This document shows positions 11,640-24,506 of a DNA stretch of 64,000 nt, one piece after another. Source of the DNA: Felis catus. Its lineage: Eukaryota. Below the pieces are notes generated by a model. That model saw nothing but the letters and a program-made list of their open reading frames with translations. It did no database searches and was not told the origin of the DNA. Each line of letters opens with the position of its first letter. Position 1 is the first letter of the stretch. Made by a program: the position numbers and the translations under genes. The stretch spans positions 108,936,001 through 109,000,000 of the forward strand of contig NC_058373.1 in NCBI RefSeq assembly GCF_018350175.1, read 5' to 3'.

Positions 11640-13285
11640 TGTTATTTTCTTCCTTCTGCTAATTTGGCTTATGTTTTCGTATAGATCCATGAGGTATGAA
11701 CTTAGGTTGTTGAGATCTCCTTTTTTCCTTTTTTTCTTTTTTTTTTTTTTGAAGTGTGCCCATTTATCACTATAAACTTCCCTCTTAAAACTGATTTTGC
11801 TATAGCTCATAAGTTTTGGTATTTTTTTCCACTTTCATTTGATTTGACACTTTTTGATTTCCCTTTAATTTCATCTTTGACAATTTGGTTGTTCAGGAGT
11901 ATGTTGTTTAATTTCCACATACTTGAGAATTTTCTGGTTTTCTTCTTGTTATTGATCTGTAGTTTCATACCTTTGTGTTCAGAAGAGATTCTTGATATTT
12001 CAGTCTTCTTAAATTTGTTAAGACTGGTTTTATGACCTCATTTATGATCTATCCTGGAGAACATTCCATTTGTACTTGATAAGAATATGGATTCTGCTGA
12101 CATTGGGTGGAATGCTCTATATACATCTGTGAAGCCGATTTGGTTTAAATATCGTTCAGATCCAACATTTTCTTCCTGATTTTCTGCCTCGATAATCTAT
12201 CCATTGTTGAAAGTATTGAAGTCTCCTACTATTACTGTATTGTTGTTTATTACTCCCTTCAGATCTGTTAGTACTTAATATATTTAGGAACTCTGATGTT
12301 GGGTACATATGTATTTACAATTACTATGTGTATATATCCTCTTGATGAATTGATCACTTTGTATTTATATATGATCTTTCTTTGTCTCTTGTTACAGTTT
12401 TTGCCTTATAGTCTATTTTGTCTGGTATGAATTATAGCTACCCCTGTTCTCTTTTGGTTTCCATTTGCAGCTTGGAGATGTGAGATGTACAGCTGGAGTG
12501 GCTAGCTGCAGGTGAGCCCAGTGGTACCCGCCACTGAGAGGACACAGGGCTGGATCCAGGTCCATAAAGCAATTGCAGGGGTCCTGGCTGTTGATGTGCA
12601 CTCCTGTGGCTGCATAGTCTCACCATGAGCACATGCACAGCAGTGGAGGCTGGTGACAGGAGTCAGGATGGGGGTTTGCAGGTGCACAGCTGGCGAGGCT
12701 AGCTGAGTATGCACATGGTGGTGGGGGTCAGCTGCAGGAGTCTAGGCTGCATCCTTACATTTATGGCTGGTTGCTGGTGCAGATCCCAGGCTCCAGTGGG
12801 GTTATAGAGGAGGGGCGCAGGGTAGGACTCAGGTGGATGGCATCTGGGAACATAAAAACCTGTGGAACCAAAGTCAGTGAAATCTACAGGGGGTCTGCAT
12901 TGGCTGTACTGGCTGTTGGTTTCTCTAATAGCAAAAGCTGTGGAGTCCTTGGCAGATCCAGCGACTGGGAACCATGACTCTTCCCACGGTGTACCGTGGA
13001 AATTCCTACTAGCTGGGGCATTCCCTCTTGGCACTGAAGAAGTGCTGGACTATGGGGGATAGAATGATGCCCAAGTAAGCTTTCCCTTTTCGTTTTGTAC
13101 GGTTATTCTGTTTTTTATCGATGTTGTTGTTCAAGTATGTTTCCAGAGCTTCCTAAGTGAACTCCTGAGTCTCCCAAAACTGTTTTTGTTCGTGGATAGC
13201 TGTCTAATTGTTGATCTTTGTCAGGGGGCAGGTGGTGGAGAATGGAAGCTGGAATCTGCTACTCTACCGTCTTGGCAACATCACT
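11640..13285 (-). mobile_element. Old L1 (L1M-type): 5' UTR (12476-13285) joined directly to the ORF2 endonuclease region (11640-12475)
   Basis: Minus strand reads ANGNQKRTGVAI (L1 EN motif) from ~12469; right end reverse-complements to gatgttgccaagacggtagagtag...aattagacagctatccacgaacaaaa, an L1M 5'-end pattern. Confidence 0.75.
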
Positions 13286-14029
13286 TTGACTGACGTTTGA
13301 ATATTGAACCAGACATGCGTTCCTGGAATAGATCTCAAATTTTTCTTTTAATTGCTGGATTCTATTTCCTAAAATTTTGTGGAAAAAAATGTTGGATTAT
13401 GTTCATGAGAGATATTGGATTACGGTTTCCTTTGTATTGTATTGTCTTTGCTTTTGGTATGAGGGTAATGATAGCTTCATAAAATTGGTTAGGAACTCTT
13501 ATGCTCTTCTACTTTCTGAAAAAGCTATGTAGAATTGTAGTTGAAACAATTTACTTTTTAAAATGTTAGTAGAATTTGCCAGCCAAAAACATCTGGGCCC
13601 AGGTGATTTCTTTCTTTGGAAGGATTTTAGCTACTGATTAAATAACTGTAGGACTACACAGATTATCTATTTCAACCTGAAATCATTTTGAATTTAGCTT
13701 TTGAAATTTTTGTGGAATTGATCCAATTCATTGACATTTCAAATTTATGTATGTGGAATATTTCTTAATAACTTTTTACCCTTTTAATGTCTGTGACAAG
13801 TGTAGTGATACCTCATTTCATTCATGACAGTGGAGATATCTGGGTCTTCTCTCCCTTTTATTTTCCCTTTGTCAGTCTTGCAAAAGAACCAGAGTTTGGT
13901 TTGAGTGATTCTTTCTAATGTTTTTATATTTTCCATTTCATAATCTCTGGCCTTATGTTTATTCTTCCTGTCTTTCTGCTTACTGTGAATTTATTTTGCT
14001 CTTCTTTTTTTCTATCCTTAAACAAGAAA

Positions 14030-15244
14030 CAGATATCTTATATGATCTGCAGGACTTTTTTTTTTGCATTTTAGAATTGTTAAAAAAGAATTTTTTTAAT
14101 ATAATTTATTGTCAACACCCAGTGCTCACCCCAGCAAGTGCCCTCCTCAACACCCATCATCCACTTTCCCCTCTCCCCATCTCCCATCAACCTTCAGTTT
14201 GCTCTCAGTATTTAATACTGTTCTCAGTATTGTCTTACGGTTTGCCTCCCTCCCTCTCTGTAACCTTTTTCCCCCTTCCACTCCCCCATGATCTTCTCTT
14301 AAGTTTCTCAAGATCCACATATGAGTGAAAACATATGGCATCTGTCTTTCTATGACTGACTTATTACACATAGTATAATACCCTCCAGTTCCATTCACAT
14401 TGCTGCAAATGGCAGGATTTCATTATTTCTCATTGCCAAGTAGTATTCCATTGTATATATAAACCACATCTTATTTATCCATTTGTCAGTTGATAGACAT
14501 TTAGGCTCTTTCCATAATTTGGCTATTGTTGAAAGTGCTGCTATAAACATTGGGGTACATATGCCCCTCTGCATCAGCATTCCTGTATCCCTTGGGTAAA
14601 TTCCTAGCAGTGCTATTGCTGGGTCGTAGGGTAGTTCTATTTTTAATTTCTTGAGGATCCTCCACACTGTTTTCCAGAGCAGCCTCACCAGTTTGCATTC
14701 CCACCAACAGTGCAAGAGTGTTCTCGTTTCTCCACATCCTCACCAGCATCTGTAGTCTTCTGATTTGTTCATTTTAGCTAATCTGACAGGTGTGAGGTGG
14801 TATCTTAGTGTGGTTTTGATTTGTATTTCCCTGATAAGGAGTGATGTTGAGCATCTTTTCATGTGTCTGTTGGCCATCTGGATGTCTTCTTTAGAAAAAT
14901 GTCTATCCATGTCTTCTGCCCATTTCTTTACTGGATTATTTGTTTTTTGGCTGTTGAGTTTGGTAAGTTATTTATAGGTTTTGGATAGTAACCCTTTACC
15001 TGGTATGTCATTTGCAAATATCTTTTCCCATTCCGTCAGTTGCCTTTTAGTTTTGATTGTTTCCTTTGCAGTGCAGAAGCTTTTTATCTTGATGAGGTCC
15101 CAATAGTTCATTTTTGCTTTTAATTCCCTTACCTTTGGAGATGTGTCGAGTAAAAAGAATTTTTGATTGAGACTTTATGTAGCTGGAAATGCAAAAATAT
15201 ATTCTCTATCTGGTCCTTTATAGAAAATGTTTACCAAACCCTGG
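14030..15244 (+). mobile_element. MER58-like hAT element split by an L1 insertion
   Basis: 3' part aaaatatattctctatctggtcctttatagaaaatgtttaccaaaccctg resembles the MER58 terminus; left boundary uncertain. Confidence 0.55.
14096..15151 (-). mobile_element. 5'-truncated feline L1 (ORF2 C-terminus + 3' UTR)
   Basis: ORF 14395-14715 HCWWECKLV...[24 protein letters not shown]...; TSD aaaaagaattttt at 14083-14095 and 15152-15164. Confidence 0.95.
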
Positions 15245-16077
15245 CTTTGGTCATTAATTTGAAATGTTTCCCTTTTCTTTTCTAATGTAAGTGTTTAAGG
15301 CTATAATTTTTCCTCTCAGTATTGAGTTAGCAGCACTTCATAGATTTTTATATGCTGGATGTTCGTTTTCACTGATTTCAATACATGTTAAAATTTCTCT
15401 TGAGACTGCCTCTTTTACTCAGGGATTATTTAGATATATGTTGCTTAAATTACAAGAGAGGGGAGATTTTTCTTGTCATTGTTTTGTTATTTCTATTTTA
15501 TTCTACTCAGAGAAAATACTTACATGTGATTTCTATGCTTTTAAATTATTTAATTTAATGACTTGGGACCCAGTCTTGATGAATGCTCCATTTGCAACTT
15601 AATGAATGCGCCATGTGCACTGACATTGTACAGAATATTCTCTAAGTGTCTATTAGACCCAGTTGGTAGATGATATTCAGGTTTTTATATCTTTTGATTT
15701 TCTGTCTACTAGTTCTATTGATAATTGAGAGAGAGTATTCAAGTCCCCAATTATGATGGATTTTTAATTTCTACTTTCAGTTACATCACTTTTTATGTAT
15801 TTTGCATAAATATGTGTATTTTATGTATTTTGAATATCTTTATCTGGTACATGATCATTTAGGATTATTTTGTCTTCTTGGCGAATTTACAAATTTAACC
15901 CTGATAATTTTCTTTGCCCTGAAGTCCATTAATCTGATATTAATAAAGCCACTGAAGCTTTCTTTTGATTAGTATTTACATAGTAAGTTTTTTCTAATGC
16001 TTTCCTTTTAACCTATCTATAGCATTATATTTAAAGATGAATTTCATGATTGACAAGACTCTGTCCCACAGTCTTTG

Positions 16078-16814
16078 GGTATTTTTGTTTTGGGTTTTTA
16101 TTTTCTTCAAGTTTTTATTTAAATTCCAGTTAATTAACATACAGTGTAATGTTAGTTTCAGGTATAAAATTTAGTGATTCATTCCTTACGTACAACATGT
16201 AGTACTCATCACAACAAGTGCCATCCTTAATCCCCATCGCCCATTTAACCCATAACCTCACCCAACACTCCTCCAGTAACCCTCAGTTTATTCTCTAGTT
16301 TAGGAGTATGTTTCTTGGTTTGCCTCTCTGTCTTTTTTTCCTCCTATGTTCATTTGTTTTGTTTCTTTTTTTCTCTTTTTAAATTTTTATTTAAATTCTA
16401 ATTAGTTAATATACAATGCAATATTGGTTTTAGGAGTAGAATTTAATGATTCATTACTTACATACAATACCCAAAGCTCATCACAAGTGCTAGCCTTATT
16501 ACCCATCACCCATCTAGCCCATTCACCCACATACCTCCCCTCATGAACCCTCAGTTTGTTCTCTTATTTTTAAGAGTCTCTTGCAGCTTCTCTCTCTCTC
16601 TTCCCATACGTTCATCTGTTTTGTTTCTTAAATTCCACATGTGAGTGGAATCATATGGTATCTGTCTGTCTCGGATTTGATTTTGTTTCTTAAATCCTAC
16701 ATATGAGTGAAATAAAAAGCTGCATAGTGAAGGAAACAATCAGCAAAACTAAAAGGCAACCTACAGAAAGGGAGAAGGTATTTGCAAATGACATATCTGA
16801 TAAAGGGTTGATAT
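16078..16814 (-). mobile_element. Carnivore L1 3' end with a 5' inversion (plus-strand ORF2 piece ~16713-16814), interrupted by a second L1
   Basis: Antisense 3' UTR 16100-16367 resumes at 16692; then sense ORF2 (ORF ...KETISKTKRQPTEREKVFANDISDKGLIS); possible TSD ccacagtctttg (16066-16077) / ccataatctttg (16815-16826). Confidence 0.8.
16368..16674 (-). mobile_element. Nested carnivore L1 3' UTR fragment
   Basis: Second T-tail and 3' UTR; TSD core ttttgtttctt at 16357-16367 and 16681-16691. Confidence 0.85.
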
Positions 16815-16899
16815 CCATAATCTTTGAAAATCCCAATGTTGTGGGAGTGGAATGCAACGCCTTTTGTAGTGCTTGCCTGCAGTAGGTCTGGTATGGTCA

Positions 16900-16904
16900 C
16901 GTGC

Positions 16905-16941
<37 letters not shown>
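16900..16941. repeat. (GCGT)n/(TG)n microsatellite
   Basis: Direct reading. Confidence 0.95.
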
Positions 16942-16943
<2 letters not shown>

Positions 16944-17924
16944 GGAAAGAAAGAAATTCCTCACTTATAAGGTCATCCACTGAGTCTCAAGGTCCCAGCC
17001 AATCTGACTTCTTTTTCCCACTGTCAAAGTCTTCTATTAGTTATTTTATTACTTTTCCCTAAGGTGTTAGTTTTAATTTGTGGGATAAATAGGGTGCATT
17101 GTGGTTATTATATCTTGTCTAACACTGGATATCCTGCCTGTTTTATTTCCATATAAGTCAAATTTTCCTGTTCTCTCACATGTTTAATATTTTTTATGTT
17201 GATACTAATGATTATGATAGATATACTGTAGAAACTGAATCTGGTTACTTTCCCCTTAAGATTAATTCTTATGCTACCAGACAATTAACTTAGCTAGGTT
17301 CAAACTTCAAACTCAGGCTTCCCTGTTTATAGCAGCAATTGAAATCTCTGTTCACTTCTTTTTGCTTCAAGTCACTGGCTTTCAGCAGACCCTGGTGTCT
17401 CCTCTGCAATTGCAGTTTAGTCATTAGCTGAGGATTTGGGTGACTTTTATATTTTACATGCAGAAGTTTCTACCTATGTGACTCCTTCCTTTCATGATGG
17501 TCAGCCTCCTAATTTTTATCTGTTCTACCAATCTCAAATGCTGTCCTCAGACATATGAAGCTTGCAAACCTGCAGTTTTCTGATGCCCTGAATAGTTTTC
17601 CGATGCCTCAAGCCATTGGGAAATTGTGAAATAAGTCAGACAAAAAGCTTTAAATTTATAAGTCTAACCAGGATCTTATCTTTCTTGTCTCTTAAAGAAA
17701 GACTCCTCTCCAGTTTCTGCCTGCTTTTGATCACTACCCAGTGCCTTTGTATAGTAGGGTGACTTTACATATGTGTCCTAGATTTTATATCTGATATCTC
17801 TGTTTCTACTGTATCTACTGGGGGTTTAGTATTCTTGTTGGCTTCCTGTTCTACTCTTTTATCAATGCATACCCAAACTTCTCTGTGTTAGTAAAATGAG
17901 ATAGTATATAAGAGAAGTATAATG

Positions 17925-18088
17925 GCTTAATACTCAAAATGTAATACGTGGACGAGGAACATTAGCATCATTTAGGAACTTTGTAGAAATGCAGAATACC
18001 AGGTTTTATACATCCATTGAATCAGAATGTACATTTTAACAAGATTCTCTAGATGATTCTTATATACAATAAAGTCCAAGAAACACTA
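17925..18088. mobile_element. MER5-like hAT-Charlie MITE
   Basis: agcatcatttaggaactttgtagaaatgcagaat...gaatcagaa...cattttaacaagattctctagatgattctt...aaagtccaagaaacact. Confidence 0.8.
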
Positions 18089-18106
18089 AATACAGGCTGT
18101 CTAGAG

Positions 18107-19184
18107 AAGAGCTTCTTAAACTATCTCTGGATGTTTTCAAGTTTTGGGGGTTTTTTGTTATTCATATTCATTGTAGACCCATACAACTGCAACATATAAT
18201 AAAAATGTATTACTATAAAAATAAAATAACATATGATATAAAATCCTGATTTTTATTAGATTCAGCACACATAGAATTACATTTTCAAATAATCAGAACA
18301 TATATAAATTATAAAAAATGAAAATAATTATAAAAACTGTATGTGTTCATTGAAAGAGTATATTTTAGATTATTAATATTCACATATAACATAAATATTT
18401 TCTGTTGACTTTATAATTCAATATTCTTCCTTTCCAATTATTTTTTGTGGGAATTTATTTGTAATGGTATGTATGAAAATTCCACTTAGGTTTTGATGGT
18501 TTTATTGCTTCATTTAGCCAGTATATCCCTGCAAATAATACACTGTGGTTTTCTCACTTAATCATCAGATATGTTTACAAAACCTATTAAATGTAAGTTG
18601 GATGAACTCTTTCTGTCTTTATTTCTTCAGAATCATTTCCATTTTTATTATTTTTTTGGTAACTTTTCCACTTTAGGAAAAGGATATTTTTTATTTGACA
18701 GAGTCCACCAAAGGTTGTTTGCCATGTATAAATTATGTTTTAAAATAAATAATTAAAAACTCACTTCCTTAATTTAGTCAGTAGTTCTAAACACTAAATT
18801 TAGAAAAAATGTGATTGATCAAAAATGTATATAATTTAAAAATATTTTATAAACATAAATATTTATATTTTTGCAGATTCTTATATCTTTTGAATTAAAG
18901 ATGACAGGCTACCTTAAAACATTCTGTCTCACAACACTGTCTTATAAGGCATGTAGTATGCAGCTTATACCATATGTAATTTCGTACCATGAATTCGACA
19001 CCTGAACTGGTCTAGGTGATAGTCAAAAAGTCAAATCCACTGATCATGTTCTTGTATGTCACAGTAATGTCAAATTACTATAAAAATGGCTAAATGCTTA
19101 TACTCAGTCATGTAACTTATCTTTTTGCTTATCTGTTACAGAGTGGCCTTTATCAATTCACAGACCACACTTTAGGCAGCACTG
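18107..19184. mobile_element. Internally deleted hAT-Charlie DNA transposon (~1.08 kb)
   Basis: 8-bp TSD gtctagag (18099-18106) / gtctagac (19185-19192) fitting the NTCTAGAN hAT target; termini aagagcttcttaaact and cacactttaggcagcactg resemble Charlie TIRs. Confidence 0.7.
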
Positions 19185-21587
19185 GTCTAGACCACTAACA
19201 TTAAAGACTGTATTACCCAGAGCACCAAAGAAGTGCATTTACCATTTTAAAATCTATTTATTTCATGCAATGATGCCTAATAATAAATGAGGCAATGTCG
19301 CTTTGGCAACTCTGTGATTTATGTCCTATATATAGCCAACTATAGTCTACTTGAGAAATGTCAGGTTCTTAAGTACCCCAAAAGTTCTCACACATACAGA
19401 TTTGGATTTGCACATTAAATTTAGATCAAAAGCTTCCTCTTCCTGATTTCTTCATCTACTCTACCCAGGTTCTTTACCAAAACCTCACATGCCATGGTTC
19501 TACAGTGCTCTCTGTCCTGCCAACAAATATGCCTATACTTCTGGCTTCTTCAATTTTTTTATTTCTTTGCACTACAGAAACTAGACAACCCCTTTCCATT
19601 GTACCTTGTTAACACATCGTCTTAAACAGATACGTGTATTTGCATTTTGACTATACCTCTTTGATGAAGCTGTTTTTTCTTAATGTTTTTATTTATGGCT
19701 TCATTTCTATACACTGATACTTTATTCAAAACTTCATTATAATAACTACCAACATCATTACAAGATTAATTAATTTTAGGCCCCAACAACTTTAGAGCAT
19801 AGTCTGGTAAACTTTGGAAGATAGTTCCATTGAATGAGGGGCCTGGTGAGTGGAAAAATGGCAGTAGTATATGTGTTTGGCAGGGAGGATCCTAAATGTT
19901 TACCACCTAAGAAGCCAGTTGAAGACAGTAACTCACTGCTGCCTAACTACCAGCACATTCACTGGGAAATTCAATTTCCTTTTCCACTGGGGTGTTGTCT
20001 GCTGGTTCTTTCTAAGCCTTCAAAAATTTTTGACTTGACAAAATGACAAAACATTTCATGCACCATTCAAAACTCTGGAGCCATACCATGTACCTTGGAG
20101 AAATGGTAACAACCTGTTTCCCTACACCTTGTCACCTGGATTCCAAAGCTGCAGTATCTGTATTCCCAGTTTCAGTGAATACCTAATCAAAGAGATCGTC
20201 ACCTTCTGTAATGATTTAAGGTTTGTATCAGGAGGATGAGTCCAAAAAGAAATAAGTAGAACAGTATGAAAAAGTATAGATTAGAAGTAGAAACATTATG
20301 GTAGTTAAGGTCTACATAGAAAGTAATGGAGGCCAGAATTAATGTAGCAGAACAAGAGAGGACAGAACAATTTTCAGGGATATTACAGAGATTGATTGGA
20401 TATGAGATGATAGAGAATACAGGATTTTTAGAAAGAGAAGAATGTGGGAAAATGAGTAAATAAGTACAGTTTTAAGTAAATGAAGTTTGAAGTGCCAGTG
20501 GGATTCGAGTGGCAGTCATAAATTCAGGGATCTGTACAATAAAAGTACCCCCAGAGATTTGAAATGATGGCAAGCACAAGCATTTAGATAAAATTATGGG
20601 TAAATTGTTGTAAAAACAGCAGTTCCAAGTAATGACTAAATTATGAGTCAGGAAATAAATGCATGTTTGTTTTCATGCCCAAAGGACATGAACTACACAA
20701 AATATAGTTTTAAGAAAGTCCTACAGTGAAGTGTATATGATAAAAACATTGAAGTATAATATATAAAATCTATAAAATTATAAAGATATTAAAACTGTAA
20801 GACTCTAAGAGAGCAAAAAAGTCTAATAGGTGAAAGTTTAAGCAGATATTTCATACAAAATGAAATATAGTTAGTGAACATTTGAAATTAATTTTGACAA
20901 AAGTTAAAATCGTAAGTTAATAAAATTTCCATATCTAATGCTCTTTATTTTAACAAATTAGCAAAAAATTTTTTAAAATATTGTTGATTTCTCCAAGTTC
21001 AGAATATATAACAATACACACCCAGTTATTCTAGTATAATTTAAAGCAATTTCAAAAATATATATCAAAACTTAAAAATGTCTATATCTGGGATTACACT
21101 TCTAGACCTATCCTATGGAAACAATAACAAGCAACGAAGATATAAGCATAATGGTTCCTTAAACCTTAATTATAATTTCAAAAAGTTGGGGAACTAAATG
21201 CCCAATAATATGTCCCCACTAGTTTCTAATCCTTTTTATAGTAAAAAACATTTTTTACCCTTTATTTTGAGTTTTGGAGCATATTAGGTACACATTATTG
21301 CATAAATAAATTATGCAGGTATTAAAATAACATAGATGAATTTTGTGGAGAAATGCTTGTAGTGTTGCTAAAATGGGCAAATGAAATAATGCATAGGTAG
21401 TAATTATGTATAATATATACAAATGAGAAATCCACTAACATTTCATGTAGTTATTTGATACTTTTGTAATTAGCAATAGTAACCATGCATTTCTTTGTTT
21501 CTGTTTTCCAAAGTTATGTCCATGTTGCATATACAAGCACATTTTTTTTTGCTGAAGGGTAATCTATTTTATATCATCATTTATCCA

Positions 21588-22000
21588 CCATGGAAGCTAA
21601 GAGGTATGCTTCTCAGCATTCCCTTAAGAGACAAACAGCATAAGGAGGGCAGTTAACTGCCAGCCTCTAGCTGCAGTGCCATTAGTGCCCCACTGTTTGA
21701 GAGAAGTCATGCTTTCCTCGGGCCGTCCCAGCAATGACTGGGCACACTTCATATTTTAGGGCCTGTTTGTGCTCTGATGAAGACCTACTCAATGGGCAAT
21801 CTTTGTGCCAGTACTTCCTAGTGGGTAATCCAAGACTTTCTCAGAGTTGCACTATACTTTGAGACCCTTCAACCAAATCTTCCTTCCTTTCGCTTTGCTT
21901 TTCATAGATTTGAGATGTGCATCATGATCTTAGGAATTTTCTACTGTTCTATTCCCTTGCATCTTTATGTGTAACAAATGTTTCCACCAAACCAACAAAT
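21588..22000 (+). mobile_element. LTR16-like (ERVL) solo LTR
   Basis: gcagttaactgccagcctctagctgc...gtcatgctttcct...caatgactgggcac...aatgggcaatctttg; similar to 44615-45066. Confidence 0.65.
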
Positions 22001-22110
22001 CTGTCCACATGTTGATGGCAGTTGGGTTAATTCCTCCTTTTGACTGTTAGGAATAAATAAAACTGCTATAAATATTTGTGTACTGATGTTCTGTTTATTT
22101 TGCTTGGTGG

Positions 22111-22178
22111 CCTTCCTTCCTTCCTTCCTTCCTTCCTTCCTTCCTTCCTTCCTTCCTTTCTTCCTTTCTTCCTTTCTT
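22111..22178. repeat. (CCTT)n microsatellite
   Basis: Direct reading. Confidence 0.95.
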
Positions 22179-22271
22179 TGACATGCTTTTATTTCACTTG
22201 GATAACTATCTAAAGTGAAATTGCTGGGTCACAGAGTATGTATGTGCTGACTTTTATTAAAAATTGCCCAA

Positions 22272-22450
22272 GGAGCACCTGGGTAGCTCAGTCATTGAGC
22301 GTCCGACTTCTGCTCAGGTCATGATCTCATGGTTCATGAGTTTGAGCCCCACATCAGGCTCGCTGTGTCAGTGCAGAACCCACTTCAGATCCTCTATCCC
22401 CTGCCCCCTCTCTGCCCCTCCTCAGCTCTCTCTCTCTCAAAAAAAAATAA
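22272..22450 (+). mobile_element. Can-SINE
   Basis: ggagcacctgggtagctcagtc...ggtcatgatctcatggttcatgagtttgagccc, (CT)n, A tail. Confidence 0.92.
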
Positions 22451-23498
22451 AAGCCCATTTTTTTTTCAAAGTGGCTGTACCCTTTTCTAATCCCACCAGC
22501 AATGTACTAGACTTTTTCATTGTCCTACACCCCCAATGAAACAAGATATTGTCATTTTTTAAAACTGTTTCGTGGTTCTGCATAGGTTTCTCATTGTGGC
22601 TTTAATTTACATTTCCATGATGACTATCTTTTCATGTGCTTAATGACCATTTATCCATTTTCCTTTGTGAATTCTCCATTAAAATTTCAGGTCCACATTT
22701 TTTATTTGGACTCTCAATTCATTACTGTTTAAGAAATTTTATAAATTTTAGAAAATAGTTCTCTCCTGAAGATGAGATAAGTATTGTGAATATTTTACTC
22801 CTATTTTGTGGTTTTCCTTTTCATTTTATTAATGGTGTCTTTTAAAAAGAAAGTTTTAGACTGAAGTGCAATTTATAGTTTTTTTCTTCATGGTTTGTTT
22901 GTTTTGTTCTACAACAATCTTCTATTTTTTCCCAAGAATTCTTATAGCCATAGCCTTTTTATGTAGCTCTGTGATCCATTTCAGATAAATTTTTATGCAG
23001 TTTGAGGAAAGCATTGAGGTTAATTTTTTAAACATAGATCACCAGTTCAAAATATTTTGTGGAAAAAATAAATACATTCCCCATGGATTTACATGAATGT
23101 GCACATTTTCCATTCCATTGACCATGTATATGTAGGTTTATTTCTGGACAATCTATTCTGTTTTGTCAATTTATATGTCTACTCTTACACTGATACCACA
23201 TTGTATTGACTATTATAGTTTTATGGTAAGTCTTAAGTGAACTTTGCTTTTTTTTTTAAAATTATTTTGGTTGTTCCAGTCAATTTTAATTTCTAAATCA
23301 TGAAAAGATGTGCATTAAACTATATTAAACTGTATTTCCCCTTAATTCTTTGAATGTATTTGCCTTTCATTCCTTGAACATATTTATTTATAATAGTTGC
23401 TTTAAAGTCTTTGTTTGATTAATCCAACATCTGGGTCACTAGAGTCAGTTTCATTGATTGCCTTTTATTTTCTTGACTGTAAATCACAGTTTTCAATT

Positions 23499-23527
23499 TA
23501 TTTTATTTTATTTGCTTAATTTTTATT

Positions 23528-23558
<31 letters not shown>

Positions 23559-23726
23559 CATAGATCAAGCAGGGGAGGGGCAGAGAGAGAGGGAAACACA
23601 GAATCTGAAGCAGGCCCCAGGCTCTGAGCTTCAGCACAGAGACTGACAAGGGGCTCGAACCCAGGAACGGTGAGATCATGACCTGAGCCAAAGTAGAAGC
23701 TTAACTGACTGAGCCACTCAGGCACC
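23499..23726 (-). mobile_element. Can-SINE
   Basis: Perfect TSD tcacagttttcaatt at 23484-23498 and 23727-23741. Confidence 0.95.
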
Positions 23727-24290
23727 TCACAGTTTTCAATTCCTTAAATGTCTACTAATTTTTTACTTTGTAAGTGACATTGTAAATGATACATTTCAGA
23801 AGTTATGGAATCTGTTATCTTCTCCTAGAAAGTGTTGATTAGTGTTCTAGTACACTGTTCAGTTTCCAGATGAGCACTTTGAACTTGTGTATGCTGTATC
23901 TTATATTTTGCTATTGGAGCTTCTGAGAAGCTCACTCCTTTTCCCAAGCCCTTCTAACTTAATAGGATTCAACATTTAAACTCTGTCTCCCCTGTATGTC
24001 TGGCCAGGACATGGTTTAGCCTTTATTAGGGCAGATGTAGAGTAAGTATTATTTTGTTTTCCATTATTCTTGCTGTTGCTGTTTAAGGTGGGCATTTTCT
24101 GATGTCTCAACTGAATGCCCATCATTTAAAAATAATGTTTACAAGTTTTCTACACTTGCTGGGTTCAATTCCACAGCAGCTGCATTCTGGCAAGCCCAGT
24201 GTCGTCTTGCCCTGCCCATGCAGAATCCACTGCATTGCTGAGAACCCAACAGGAAACACTTTGTCCAGTTGCTTTATCTACAATGTCTTT

Positions 24291-24506
24291 TTTTAAATTT
24301 TATTAATGTGTATTTATTTTTGAGATAGAGAAAGACAGAGTGTGAGCGAGGGAGGGGCAGAGAGAGAGGGAGACACAGAATCTGAAGCAGGCTCCAGGCT
24401 CTCAGCTGTCAGCACAGAGCCTGAGGTGAGGCTCAAACTCACAAAATGCAAGATCATGACCTGAGCCAAAGTCAAACACTTAACCCACTAAGCCACCCAG
24501 GAGTGC
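24291..24506 (-). mobile_element. Can-SINE
   Basis: gacacagaatctgaagcaggctccaggctc...; degenerate TSD ctacaatgtcttt / ctccagtgtcttt. Confidence 0.93.

Larger units (their letters stand above)
13290..16030 (-). mobile_element. Older L1M ORF2 remnant, host to a MER58-like element and a younger L1
   Basis: aatattgaaccag...ttcatgagagatattgg...ttttggtatgagggtaatgatagcttcataaaat, and tttaaggctataattttcctctcagt...gtccccaattatga are antisense L1 ORF2. Confidence 0.7.
22000..23900 (-). mobile_element. Ancient L1ME-like fragments
   Basis: ctgctataaatatttgtgtac, gaaattgctgggtc, tttctcattgtggctttaatttacatttcc, gataccacattgtattgactattatagtttt. Confidence 0.65.

Noticed and set aside
12476..13060. GC-richer block with several overlapping ORFs (possible exon or CpG island)
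   Set aside because: CpG-poor, and best explained as an old L1 5' UTR
14395..14749. ORFs with convincing protein-like sequence (also 9937-10179, 36920-37159, 45461-45760)
   Set aside because: They are L1 ORF2 C-terminal remnants in 5'-truncated elements, not host genes
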